Assembly (NCBI GenBank): GCA_032718475.1
Contig: JAUCBJ010004402.1
Span: forward strand, 14,674-78,673
DNA length: 64,000 bases
Reading direction: 5' to 3'
From: Nemertoderma westbladi
Taxonomy: Eukaryota; Animalia; Xenacoelomorpha
Numbering within the stretch: position 1 is the stretch's first letter; each line of letters starts with the position of its first letter. Shown here piece by piece: positions 23,821 to 38,800 of this stretch. Under the pieces are notes generated by a model. That model saw only the letters and a program-made list of their open reading frames with translations, did not search any database and was not told where the DNA came from. A program made the translations under genes and the position numbers.

Positions 23821-26800
23821 AATGGAACAACCTCGGATAATAATGGAACAACCCTCGGTTAATAATGTAACAACGGAACAACCTGTAAGCGGATTAAATT
23901 CCCTACACCACCCACCGAAAGTGGGACCAGTGGCATTTTACCAATATAGTTGGCGATGCGAGATTACCAATAATAATCTTGCATCCATTGTGTAATGTGC
24001 ATCCATTGAGTGCCAAAGGCCACACAGTAGTGTAGAGCTGAAACCAATATGTATCAATTATATAGTTACTCTAATTACTGATTTACCGGACAGTTGATTC
24101 TCTCACAGTTGCAGACCGGCATAGTTTTTGACCGTCATAATGTAACAACGGAACAACCTCGGTTAATAATGTAACAACCAGAACAACCCTCGGTTAATAA
24201 TGTAACAACGGAACAACCCTCGGTTAATAATGTAACAACGGAACAACCTCGGTTAATAATGTAACAACCAGAACAACCCTCGGTTAATAATGTAACAACC
24301 AGAACAACCCTCGGTTAATAATGTAACAACGGAACAACCCTCGGTTAATAATGTAACAACCAGAACAACCCTCGGTTAATAATGTAACAACGGAACAACC
24401 CTCGGTTAATAATGTAACAACCAGAACAACCCTCGGTTAATAATGTAACAACGGAAAAACCTCGATTAATAATGTAACAACGGAACAACCATCGGTTAAT
24501 AATGTAACAACGGAACAACCCTCGGTTAATAATGTAACAAAGGAACAACGGAACAACCATCGGTTAATAATGTAACAACAGAACAACCACGGTTAATAAT
24601 GTAACAACGGAACAACCCTCGGTTAATAATGTAACAACGGAACGACCTCGGTTTATAATGGAACAACGGAACAACCTCGGTTAATAATGTAACAACGGAA
24701 CAACCTCGATTAATAATGTAACAACGGAACAACCATCGGTTAATAATGTAACAACGGAACAACCCTCGGTTAATAATGTAACAACGGAACAACCCTTGGT
24801 TAATAATGTAACAACGGAACAACCTCGGTTAATAATGGAACAACGGAACAACCTCGGTTAATAATGTAACAAAGGAACAACGGAACAACCATCGGTTAAT
24901 AATGTAACAACGGAACAACCCTCGGTTAATAATGTAACAAAGGAACAACGGAACAACCATCGGTTAATAATGTAACAACAGAACAACCACGGTTAATAAT
25001 GTAACAACGGAACAACCCTCGGTTAATAATGTAACAACGGAACGACCTCGGTTTATAATGTAACAACGGAACAACCTCGATTAATAATGTAACAACGGAA
25101 CAACCATCGGTTAATAATGCAACAACGGAACAACCTCGGTTAATAATGTAACAACAGAACAACCACGGTTAATAATGTAACAAAGGAACAACCCTCGGTT
25201 AATAATGTAACAACGGAACAACCCTCGGTTAATAATGTAACAAAGGAACATCCTCGGTTAATAATATAACAACGGAACAACCCTCGGTTAATAATGTAAC
25301 AACGGAACAACCCTCGGTTAATAATGTAACAACGGAACAACCCTCGGTTAATAATGTAAAAACGGAACAACCTCGGTTAATAATGGAACAACGGAACAAC
25401 CACGGTTTATAATGTAACAACGGTACAACCACGGTTAATATTGTAACAACGGAACGACCTCGGTTAATATTGTAACAACGGAACAACCTCAGTTAATAAT
25501 ATAACAACGGAACAACCCTCGGTTAATAATGTAACAATGGAACAACTTTCGGTTAATAATATAACAACGGAACAACCCTCGGTTAATAATGTAACAACGG
25601 AACAACCCTCGGTTAATAATGTAACAACGGAACAACCCTCGGTTAATAATATAACAACGGAACAACCCTCGGTTAAGAATGTAACAACGGAACGACCTCA
25701 GTTAATAATGTAACAACGGAACAACTCTCGGTTAATAATATAACAACAGAACAACCACGGTTAATAATGTAACAACGGAACAACCCTCGGTTAATAATGT
25801 AACAACGGAACAACCCTCGGTTAATAATGTAACAACGGAACAACCTCGGTTAATAATATAACAACGGAACAACCCTCGGTTAATAATGTAACAACGGAAC
25901 AACCCTCGGTTAATAATGTAACAACGGAACAACCCTCGGTTAATAATGTAACAACGGAACAACTCTCGGTTAATAATATAACAACAGAACAACCACGGTT
26001 AATAATGTAACAACGGAACAACCCTCGGTTAATAATGTAACAACGGAACAACCCTCGGTTAATAATGTAACAAAGGAACAACCTCGGTTAATAATATAAC
26101 AACGGAACAACCCTCGGTTAATAATGTAACAACGGAACAACCCTCGGTTAATAATGTAACAACGGAACAACCCTCGGTTAATAATGTAACAACGGAACAA
26201 CCACGGTTAATAATGTAACAACGGAACGACCTCGGTTAATAATGTAACAACGGAACAACCCTCGGTTAATAATGTAAAAACGGAACAACCTCGGTTAATA
26301 ATGGAACAACGGAACAACCACGGTTTATAATGTAACAACGGTACAACCACGGTTAATATTGTAACAACGGAACGACCTCGGTTAATATTGTAACAACGGA
26401 ACAACCTCAGTTAATAATATAACAACGGAACAACCCTCGGTTAATAATGTAACAATGGAACAACTTTCGGTTAATAATATAACAACGGGACAACCCTCGG
26501 TTAATAATGTAACAACGGAACAACCCTCGGTTAATTATGTAACAATGAAACAACTTTCGGTTAATAATATAACAACGGAACAACCCTCGGTTAATAATGT
26601 AACAACGGAACAACCATCGGTTAATAATGTAACAACGGAATAACCCTCGGTTAATAATGTAACAAAGGAACAACGGAACAACCATCGGTTAATAATGTAA
26701 CAACAGAACAACTACGGTTAATAATGTAACAACGGAACAACCCTCGGTTAATATTGTAACAACGGAACAACCTCAGTTAATAATATAACAACGGAACAAC

Positions 26801-29800
26801 CCTCGGTTAATAATGTAACAATGGAACAACCTCAGTTAATAATATAACAACGGAACAACCCTCGGTTAATAATGTAACAATGTAACAACTTTCGGTTAAT
26901 AATATAACAACGGAACAACCCTCGGTTAATAATGTAACAACGGAACAACCATCGGTTAATAATGTAACAACGGAACAACCCTCGGTTAATAATGTAACAA
27001 AGGAACAACGGAACAACCATCGGTTAATAATGTAACAACAGAACAACCACGGTTAATAATGTAACAACGGAACAACCCTCGGTTAATAATGTAACAACGG
27101 AACGACCTCGGTTTATAATGGAACAACGGAACAACCTCGATTAATAATGTAACAACGGAACAACCTCGATTAATAATGTAACAACGGAACAACCATCGGT
27201 TAATAATGTAACAACGGAACAACCCTCGGTTAATAATGTAACAAAGGAACAACGGAACAACCATCGGTTAATAATGTAACAACAGAACAACCACGGTTAA
27301 TAATGTAACAACGGAACAACCCTCGGTTAATAATGTAACAACGGAACAACCCTCGGTTAATAATGTAACAAAGGAACAACCTCGGTTAATAATATAACAA
27401 CGGAACAACCCTCGGTTAATAATGTAACAACGGAACAACCCTCGGTTAATAATGTAACAACGGAACAACCCTCGGTTAATAATGTAACAACGGAACAACC
27501 ACGGTTAATAATGTAACAACGGAACGACCTCGGTTAATAATGTAACAACGGAACAACCCTCGGTTAATAATGTAAAAACGGAACAACCTCGGTTAATAAT
27601 GGAACAACGGAACAACCACGGTTTATAATGTAACAACGGTACAACCACGGTTAATATTGTAACAACGGAACGACCTCGGTTAATATTGTAACAACGGAAC
27701 AACCTCAGTTAATAATATAACAACGGAACAACCCTCGGTTAATAATGTAACAATGGAACAACTTTCGGTTAATAATATAACAACGGAACAACCCTCGGTT
27801 AATAATGTAACAACGGAACAACCCTCGGTTAATAATGTAACAACGGAACAACCCTCGGTTAATAATATAACAACGGAACAACCCTCGGTTAAGAATGTAA
27901 CAACGGAACAACCTCAGTTAATAATGTAACAACGGAACAACTCTCGGTTAATAGTATAACAACAGAACAACCACGGTTAATAATGTAACAACGGAACAAC
28001 CCTCGGTTAATAATGTAACAACGGAACAACCCTCGGTTAATAATGTAACAACGGAACAACCTCGGTTAATAATATAACAACGGAACAACCCTCGGTTAAT
28101 AATGTAACAACGGAACAACCCTCGGTTAATAATGTAACAACGGAACAACCCTTGGTTAATAATGTAACAACGGAACAACTCTCGGTTAATAATATAACAA
28201 CAGAACAACCACGGTTAATAATGTAACAACGGAACAACCCTCGGTTAATAATGTAACAACGGAACAACCCTCGGTTAATAATGTAACAAAGGAACAACCT
28301 CGGTTAATAATATAACAACGGAACAACCCTCGGTTAATAATGTAACAACGGAACAACCCTCGGTTAATAATGTAACAACGGAACAACCCTCGGTTAATAA
28401 TGTAACAACGGAACAACCACGGTTAATAATGTAACAACGGAACGACCTCGGTTAATAATGTAACAACGGAACAACCCTCGGTTAATAATGTAAAAACGGA
28501 ACAACCTCGGTTAATAATGGAACAACGGAACAACCACGGTTTATAATGTAACAACGGTACAACCACGGTTAATATTGTAACAACGGAACGACCTCGGTTA
28601 ATATTGTAACAACGGAACAACCTCAGTTAATAATATAACAACAGAACAACCCTCGGTTAATAATGTAACAATGGAACAACTTTCGGTTAATAATATAACA
28701 ACGGAACAACCCTCGGTTAATAATGTAACAACGGAACAACCCTCGGTTAATAATGTAACAACGGAACAACCCTCGGTTAATAATATAACAACGGAACAAC
28801 CCTCGGTTAAGAATGTAACAACGGAACAACCTCAGTTAATAATGTAACAACGGAACAACTCTCGGTTAATAATATAACAACAGAACAACCACGGTTAATA
28901 ATGTAACAACGGAACAACCCTCGGTTAATAATGTAACAACGGAACAACCCTCGGTTAATAATGTAACAACGGAACAACCTCGGTTAATAATATAACAACG
29001 GAACAACCCTCGGTTAATAATGTAACAACGGAACAACCCTCGGTTAATAATGTAACAACGGAACAACCCTTGGTTAATAATGTAACAACGGAACAACTCT
29101 CGGTTAATAATATAACAACAGAACAACCACGGTTAATAATGTAACAACGGAACAACCCTCGGTTAATAATGTAACAACGGAACAACCCTCGGTTAATAAT
29201 GTAACAAAGGAACAACCTCGGTTATAATATAACAACGGAACAACCCTCGGTTAATAATGTAACAACGGAACGACCTCGGTTAATAATGTAACAACGGAAC
29301 AACCCTCGGTTAATAATGTAAAAACGGAACAACCTCGGTTAATAATGGAACAACGGAACAACCACGGTTTATAATGTAACAACAGTACAACCACGGTTAA
29401 TATTGTAACAACGGAACGACCTCGGTTAATATTGTAACAACGGAACAACCTCAGTTAATAATATAACAACGGAACAACCCTCGGTTAATAATGTAACAAT
29501 GGAACAACTTTCGGTTAATAATATAACAACGGAACAACCCTCGGTTAATAATGTAACAACGGAACAACCCTCGGTTAATAATGTAACAACGGAACAACCC
29601 TCGGTTAATAATATAACAACGGAACAACCCTCGGTTAAGAATGTAACAACGGAACAACCTCAGTTAATAATGTAACAACGGAACAACTCTCGGTTAATAA
29701 TATAACAACAGAACAACCACGGTTAATAATGTAACAACGGAACAACCCTCGGTTAATAATGTAACAACGGAACAACCCTCGGTTAATAATGTAACAACGG

Positions 29801-32800
29801 AACAACCTCGGTTAATAATATAACAACGGAACAACCCTCGGTTAATAATGTAACAACGGAACAACCCTCGGTTAATAATGTAACAACGGAACAACCCTTG
29901 GTTAATAATGTAACAACGGAACAACTCTCGGTTAATAATATAACAACAGAACAACCACGGTTAATAATGTAACAACGGAACAACCCTCGGTTAATAATGT
30001 AACAACGGAACAACCCTCGGTTAATAATGTAACAAAGGAACAACCTCGGTTAATAATATAACAACGGAACAACCCTCGGTTAATAATGTAACAACGGAAC
30101 AACCCTCGGTTAATAATGTAACAACGGAACAACCCTCGGTTAATAATGTAACAACGGAACAACCACGGTTAATAATGTAACAACGGAACGACCTCGGTTA
30201 ATAATGTAACAACGGAACAACCCTCGGTTAATAATGTAAAAACGGAACAACCTCGGTTAATAATGGAACAACGGAACAACCACGGTTTATAATGTAACAA
30301 CGGTACAACCACGGTTAATATTGTAACAACGGAACGACCTCGGTTAATATTGTAACAACGGAACAACCTCAGTTAATAATATAACAACGGAACAACCCTC
30401 GGTTAATAATGTAACAATGGAACAACTTTCGGTTAATAATATAACAACGGAACAACCCTCGGTTAATAATGTAACAACGGAACAACCCTCGGTTAATAAT
30501 GTAACAACGGAACAACCCTCGGTTAATAATATAACAACGGAACAACCCTCGGTTAAGAATGTAACAACGGAACAACCTCAGTTAATAATGTAACAACGGA
30601 ACAACTCTCGGTTAATAATATAACAACAGAACAACCACGGTTAATAATGTAACAACGGAACAACCCTCGGTTAATAATGTAACAACGGAACAACCCTCGG
30701 TTAATAATGTAACAACGGAACAACCTCGGTTAATAATATAACAACGGAACAACCCTCGGTTAATAATGTAACAACGGAACAACCCTCGGTTAATAATGTA
30801 ACAACGGAACAACCCTTGGTTAATAATGTAACAACGGAACAACTCTCGGTTAATAATATAACAACAGAACAACCACGGTTAATAATGTAACAACGGAACA
30901 ACCCTCGGTTAATAATGTAACAACGGAACAACCCTCGGTTAATAATGTAACAAAGGAACAACCTCGGTTATAATATAACAACGGAACAACCCTCGGTTAA
31001 TAATGTAACAACGGAACAACCCTCGGTTAATAATGTAACAACGGAACAACCCTCGGTTAATAATGTAACAACGGAACAACCACGTTTAATAATGTAACAA
31101 CGGGACGACCTCGGTTAATAATGTAACAACGGAACAACCCTCGGTTAATAATGTAAAAACGGAACAACCTCGGCTAATAATGGAACAACGGAACAACCAC
31201 GGTTTATAATGTAACAACGGTACAACCACGGTTAATATTGTAACAACGGAACGACCTCGGTTAATATTGTAACAACGGAACAACCTCAGTTAATAATATA
31301 ACAACGGAACAACCCTCGGTTAATAATGTAACAATGGAACAACTTTCGGTTAATAATATAACAACGGAACAACCCCCGGTTAATAATGTAACAACGGAAC
31401 AACCCTCGGTTAATAATGTAACAACGGAACAACCCTCGGTTAATAATATAACAACGGAACAACCCTCGGTTAAGAATGTAACAACGGAACAACCTCAGTT
31501 AATAATGTAACAACGGAACAACTCTCGGTTAATAATATAACAACAGAACAACCACGGTTAATAATGTAACAACGGAACAACCCTCGGTTAATAATGTAAC
31601 AACGGAACAACCCTCGGTTAATAATGTAACAACGGAACAACCTCGGTTAATAATATAACAACGGAACAACCCTCGGTTAATAATGTAACAACGGAACAAC
31701 CCTCGGTTAATAATGTAACAACGGAACAACCCTCGGTTAATAATGTAACAACGGAACAACCACGGTTAATAATGTAACAACGGAACGACCTCGGTTAATA
31801 ATGTAACAACGGAACAACCCTCGGTTAATAATGTAAAAACGGAACAACCTCGGTTAATAATGGAACAACGGAACAACCACGGTTTATAATGTAACAACGG
31901 TACAACCACGGTTAATAATGTAACAACGGAACAACCCTTGGTTAATAATGTAACAACGGAACAACCCTCGGTTAATAATGTAACAACGGAACAACCTCGG
32001 TTAATAATATAACAACGGAACAACCCTCGGTTAATAATGTAACAACGGAACAACCCTCGGTTAATAATGTAACAACGGAACAACCCTTGGTTAATAATGT
32101 AACAACGGAACAACTCTCGGTTAATAATATAACAACAGAACAACCACGGTTAATAATGTAACCACGGAACAACACTCGGTTAATAATGTAACAACGGAAC
32201 AACCCTCGGTTAATAATGTAACAAAGGAACAACCTCGGTTATAATATAACAACGGATCAACCCTCGGTTAATAATGTAACAACGGAACAACCCTCGGTTA
32301 ATAATGTAACAACGGAACAACCCTCGGTTAATAATGTAACAACGGAACAACCACGGTTAATAATGTAACAACGGAACGACCTCGGTTAATAATGTAACAA
32401 CGGAACAACCCTCGGTTAATAATGTAAAAACGGAACAACCTCGGTTAATAATGGAACAACGGAACAACCACGGTTTATAATGTAACAACGGTACAACCAC
32501 GGTTAATATTGTAACAACGGAACGACCTCGGTTAATATTGTAAAAACGGAACAACCTCAGTTAATAATATAACAACGGAACAACCCTCGGTTAATAATGT
32601 AACAATGGAACAACTTTCGGTTAATAATATAACAACGGAACAACCCTCGGTTAATAATGTAACAACGGAACAACCCTCGGTTAATAATGTAACAACGGAA
32701 CAACCCTCGGTTAATAATATAACAACGGAACAACCCTCTGTTAAGAATGTAACAACGGAACAACCTCAGTTAATAATGTAACAACGGAACAACTCTCGGT

Positions 32801-35800
32801 TAATAATATAACAACAGAACAACCACGGTTAATAATGTAACAACGGAACAACCCTCGGTTAATAATGTAACAACGGAACAACCCTCGGTTAATAATGTAA
32901 CAACGGAACAACCTCGGTTAATAATATAACAACGGAACAACCCTCGGTTAATAATGTAACAACGGAACAACCCTCGGTTAATAATGTAACAACGGAACAA
33001 CCCTCGGTTAATAATGTAACAACGGAACAACCACGGTTAATAATGTAACAACGGAACGACCTCGGTTAATAATGTAACAACGGAACAACCCTCGGTTAAT
33101 AATGTAAAAACGGAACAACCTCGGTTAATAATGGAACAACGGAACAACCACGGTTTATAATGTAACAACGGTACAACCACGGTTAATATTGTAACAACGG
33201 AACGACCTCGGTTAATATTGTAACAACGGAACAACCTCAGTTAATAATATAACAACGGAACAACCCGCGGTTAATAATGTAACAATGGAACAACTTTCGG
33301 TTAATAATATAACAACGGAACAACCCTCGGTTAATAATGTAACAACGGAACAACCCTCGGTTAATAATATAACAACGGAACAACCCTCGGTTAAGAATGT
33401 AACAACGGAACAACCTCAGTTAATAATGCAACAACGGAACAACTCTCGGTTAATAATATAACAACGGAACAACCCTCGGTTAATAATGGAACAACCCTCG
33501 GTTAATAATGTAACAAAGGAACAACCACGGTTAATAATGTAACAACGGAACAACCCTCGGTTAATAATGTAACAACGGAACAACCTCAGTTAATAATGGA
33601 ATAACGGAACAACCTCGGTTAATAATATAACAACGGAACAACCTCGGTTAATAATATAACAACGGAACAACCTCAGTTAATAATGGAATAACGGAACAAC
33701 CTCGGTTAATAATATAACAACGGAACAACCTTGGTTAATAATGTAACAACGGAACAACCTCAGTTAATAATATAACAACGGAACAACCATCGGTTAATAA
33801 TGTAACAACGGATTAACCTCGGTTAATAATGTAACAACGAAACAACCTCGGTTAATAATGGAACAACACACGGTTAATGATGTAACAACGGAACAACCCT
33901 CAGTTAATAATGGAACAACACACGGTTAATAATGTAACAACGGAACGACCTCGGTTAATAATGTAACAACAGAACAACCTCGGTTAATATTGTAACAACG
34001 GAACAACCTCGGTTAATAATGTAACAACGGAACAACCTCGGTTTATAATGGAACAACATCGATTAATAATGGAACAACCCTCGGTTAATAATGTAACAAT
34101 GGAACAACCCCGGTTTATAATGTAACAACGGAACAACCTCGGTTAATAATGTAACAACGGAACAACCTCGGTTAATAATGTAACAACGGAACAACCTCGT
34201 TTTATAATGGAACAACATCGATTAATAATGGAACAACCCTCGGTTAATCATGTAACAATGGAACAACCCCGGTTTATAATGTAACAACGGAACAACCTCG
34301 GTTAATAATGTAACAATGGAACAACGGAACAACCTCGGTTAATAATGTAACAACGGAACAACCCTCGGTTAATAATGTAACAAAGGAACAACCTCGGTTA
34401 ATAATATAACAACGGAACAACCCTCGGTTAATAATGTAACAACGGAACAACCCTCGGTTAATAATGTAACAACGGAACAACCCTCGGTTAATAATGTAAC
34501 AACGGAACAACCACGGTTAATAATGTAACAACGGAACGACCTCGGTTAATCATGTAACAACGGAACAACCCTCGGTTAATAATGTAAAAACGGAACAACC
34601 TCGGTTAATAATGGAACAACGGAACAACCACGGTTTATAATGTAACAACGGTACAACCACGGTTAATATTGTAACAACGGAACGACCTCGGTTAATATTG
34701 TAACAACGGAACAACCTCAGTTAATAATATAACAACGGAACAACCCTCGGTTAATAATGTAACAATGGAACAACTTTCGGTTAATAATATAACAACGGAA
34801 CAACCCTCGGTTAATAATGTAACAACGGAACAACCCTCGGTTAATAATGTAACAACGGAACAACCCTCGGTTAATAATATAACAACGGAACAACCCTCTG
34901 TTAAGAATGTAACAACGGAACAACCTCAGTTAATAATGTAACAACGGAACAACTCTCGGTTAATAATATAACAACAGAACAACCACGGTTAATAATGTAA
35001 CAACGGAACAACCCTCGGTTAATAATGTAACAACGGAACAACCCTCGGTTAATAATGTAACAACGGAACAACCTCGGTTAATAATATAACAACGGAACAA
35101 CCCTCGGTTAATAATGTAACAACGGAACAACCCTCGGTTAATAATGTAACAACGGAACAACCCTCGGTTAATAATGTAACAACGGAACAACCACGGTTAA
35201 TAATGTAACAACGGAACGACCTCGGTTAATAATGTAACAACGGAACAACCCTCGGTTAATAATGTAAAAACGGAACAACCTCGGTTAATAATGGAACAAC
35301 GGAACAACCACGGTTTATAATGTAACAACGGTACAACCACGGTTAATATTGTAACAACGGAACGACCTCGGTTAATATTGTAACAACGGAACAACCTCAG
35401 TTAATAATATAACAACGGAACAACCCGCGGTTAATAATGTAACAATGGAACAACTTTCGGTTAATAATATAACAACGGAACAACCCTCGGTTAATAATGT
35501 AACAACGGAACAACCCTCGGTTAATAATATAACAACGGAACAACCCTCGGTTAAGAATGTAACAACGGAACAACCTCAGTTAATAATGCAACAACGGAAC
35601 AACTCTCGGTTAATAATATAACAACGGAACAACCCTCGGTTAATAATGGAACAACCCTCGGTTAATAATGTAACAAAGGAACAACCACGGTTAATAATGT
35701 AACAACGGAACAACCCTCGGTTAATAATGTAACAACGGAACAACCTCAGTTAATAATGGAATAACGGAACAACCTCGGTTAATAATATAACAACGGAACA

Positions 35801-38800
35801 ACCTCGGTTAATAATATAACAACGGAACAACCTCAGTTAATAATGGAATAACGGAACAACCTCGGTTAATAATATAACAACGGAACAACCTTGGTTAATA
35901 ATGTAACAACGGAACAACCTCAGTTAATAATATAACAACGGAACAACCATCGGTTAATAATGTAACAACGGATTAACCTCGGTTAATAATGTAACAACGA
36001 AACAACCTCGGTTAATAATGGAACAACACACGGTTAATGATGTAACAACGGAACAACCCTCAGTTAATAATGGAACAACACACGGTTAATAATGTAACAA
36101 CGGAACGACCTCGGTTAATAATGTAACAACAGAACAACCTCGGTTAATATTGTAACAACGGAACAACCTCGGTTAATAATGTAACAACGGAACAACCTCG
36201 GTTTATAATGGAACAACATCGATTAATAATGGAACAACCCTCGGTTAATAATGTAACAATGGAACAACCCCGGTTTATAATGTAACAACGGAACAACCTC
36301 GGTTAATAATGTAACAACGGAACAACCTCGGTTAATAATGTAACAACGGAACAACCTCGTTTTATAATGGAACAACATCGATTAATAATGGAACAACCCT
36401 CGGTTAATCATGTAACAATGGAACAACCCCGGTTTATAATGTAACAACGGAACAACCTCGGTTAATAATGTAACAATGGAACAACGGAACAACCTCGGTT
36501 AATAATGTAACAACGGAACAACCCTCGGTTAATAATGTAACAAAGGAACAACCTCGGTTAATAATATAACAACGGAACAACCCTCGGTTAATAATGTAAC
36601 AACGGAACAACCCTCGGTTAATAATGTAACAACGGAACAACCCTCGGTTAATAATGTAACAACGGAACAACCACGGTTAATAATGTAACAACGGAACGAC
36701 CTCGGTTAATCATGTAACAACGGAACAACCCTCGGTTAATAATGTAAAAACGGAACAACCTCGGTTAATAATGGAACAACGGAACAACCACGGTTTATAA
36801 TGTAACAACGGTACAACCACGGTTAATATTGTAACACCGGAACGACCTCGGTTAATATTGTAACAACGGAACAACCTCAGTTAATAATATAACAACGGAA
36901 CAACCCTCGGTTAATAATGTAACAATGGAACAACTTTCGGTTAATAATATAACAACGGAACAACCCTCGGTTAATAATGTAACAACGGAACAACCCTCGG
37001 TTAATAATGTAACAACGGAACAACCCTCGGTTAATAATATAACAACGGAACAACCCTCGGTTAAGAATGTAACAACGGAACAACCTCAGTTAATAATGTA
37101 ACAACGGAACAACTCTCGGTTAATAATATAACAACAGAACAACCACGGTTAATAATGTAACAACGGAACAACCCTCGGTTAATAATGTAACAACGGAACA
37201 ACCCTCGGTTAATAATGTAACAACGGAACAACCTCGGTTAATAATATAACAACGGAACAACCCTCGGTTAATAATGTAACAACGGAACAACCCTCGGTTA
37301 ATAATGTAACAACGGAACAACCCTTGGTTAATAATGTAACAACGGAACAACTCTCGGTTAATAATATAACAACAGAACAACCACGGTTAATAATGTAACA
37401 ACGGAACAACCCTCGGTTAATAATGTAACAAAGGAACAACATCGGTTAATAATATAACAACGGAACAACCCTCGGTTAATAATGTAACAACGGAACAACC
37501 CTCGGTTAATAATGTAACAACGGAACAACCCTCGGTTAATAATGTAACAACGGAACAACCACGGTTAATAATGTAACAACGGAACGACCTCGGTTAATAA
37601 TGTAACAACGGAACAACCCTCGGTTAATAATGTAAAAACGGAACAACCTCGGTTAATAATGGAACAACGGAACAACCACGGTTTATAATGTAACAACGGT
37701 ACAACCACGGTTAATATTGTAACAACGGAACGACCTCGGTTAATATTGTAACAACGGAACAACCTCAGTTAATAATATAACAACGGAACAACCCTCGGTT
37801 AATAATGTAACAATGGAACAACTTTCGGTTATTAATATAACAACGGAATAACCCTCGGTTAATAATGTAACAACGGAACAACCCTCGGTTAATAATGTAA
37901 CAACGGAACAACCCTCGGTTAATAATATAACAACGGAACAACCCTCGGTTAAGAATGTAACAACGGAACAACCTCAGTTAATAATGTAACAACGGAACAA
38001 CTCTCGGTTAATAATATAACAACAGAACAACCACGGTTAATAATGTAACAACGGAACAACCCTCGGTTAATAATGTAACAACGGAACAACCCTCGGTTAA
38101 TAATGTAACAACGGAACAACCTCGGTTAATAATATAACAACGGAACAACCCTCGGTTAATAATGTAACAACGGAACAACCCTCGGTTAATAATGTAACAA
38201 CGGAACAACCCTCGGTTAATAATGTAACAACGGAACAACCCTCGGTTAATAATGTAACAACGGAACAACCCTCGGTTAATAATATAACAACGGAACAACC
38301 TCGGTTAATAATGTAACAACGGAACAACCCTCGCGGTTAATTATGTAACAACGGAACAACCCTCGGTTAAGAATGTAACAACGGAACAACCTCAGTTAAT
38401 AATGTAACAACGGAACAACTCTCGGTTAATAATATAACAACAGAACAACCACGGTTAATAATGTAACAACGGAACAACCCTCGGTTAATAATGTAACAAC
38501 GGAACAACCCTCGGTTAATAATGTAACAACGGAACAACCTCGGTTAATAATATAACAACGGAACAACCCTCGGTTAATAATGTAACAACGGAACAACCCT
38601 CGGTTAATAATGTAACAACGGAACAACCCTTGGTTAATAATGTAACAACGGAACAACTCTCGGTTAATAATATAACAACAGAACAACCACGGTTAATAAT
38701 GTAACAACGGAACAACCCTCGGTTAATAATGTAACAACGGAACAACCCTCGGTTAATAATGTAACAAAGGAACAACCTCGGTTATAATATAACAACGGAA

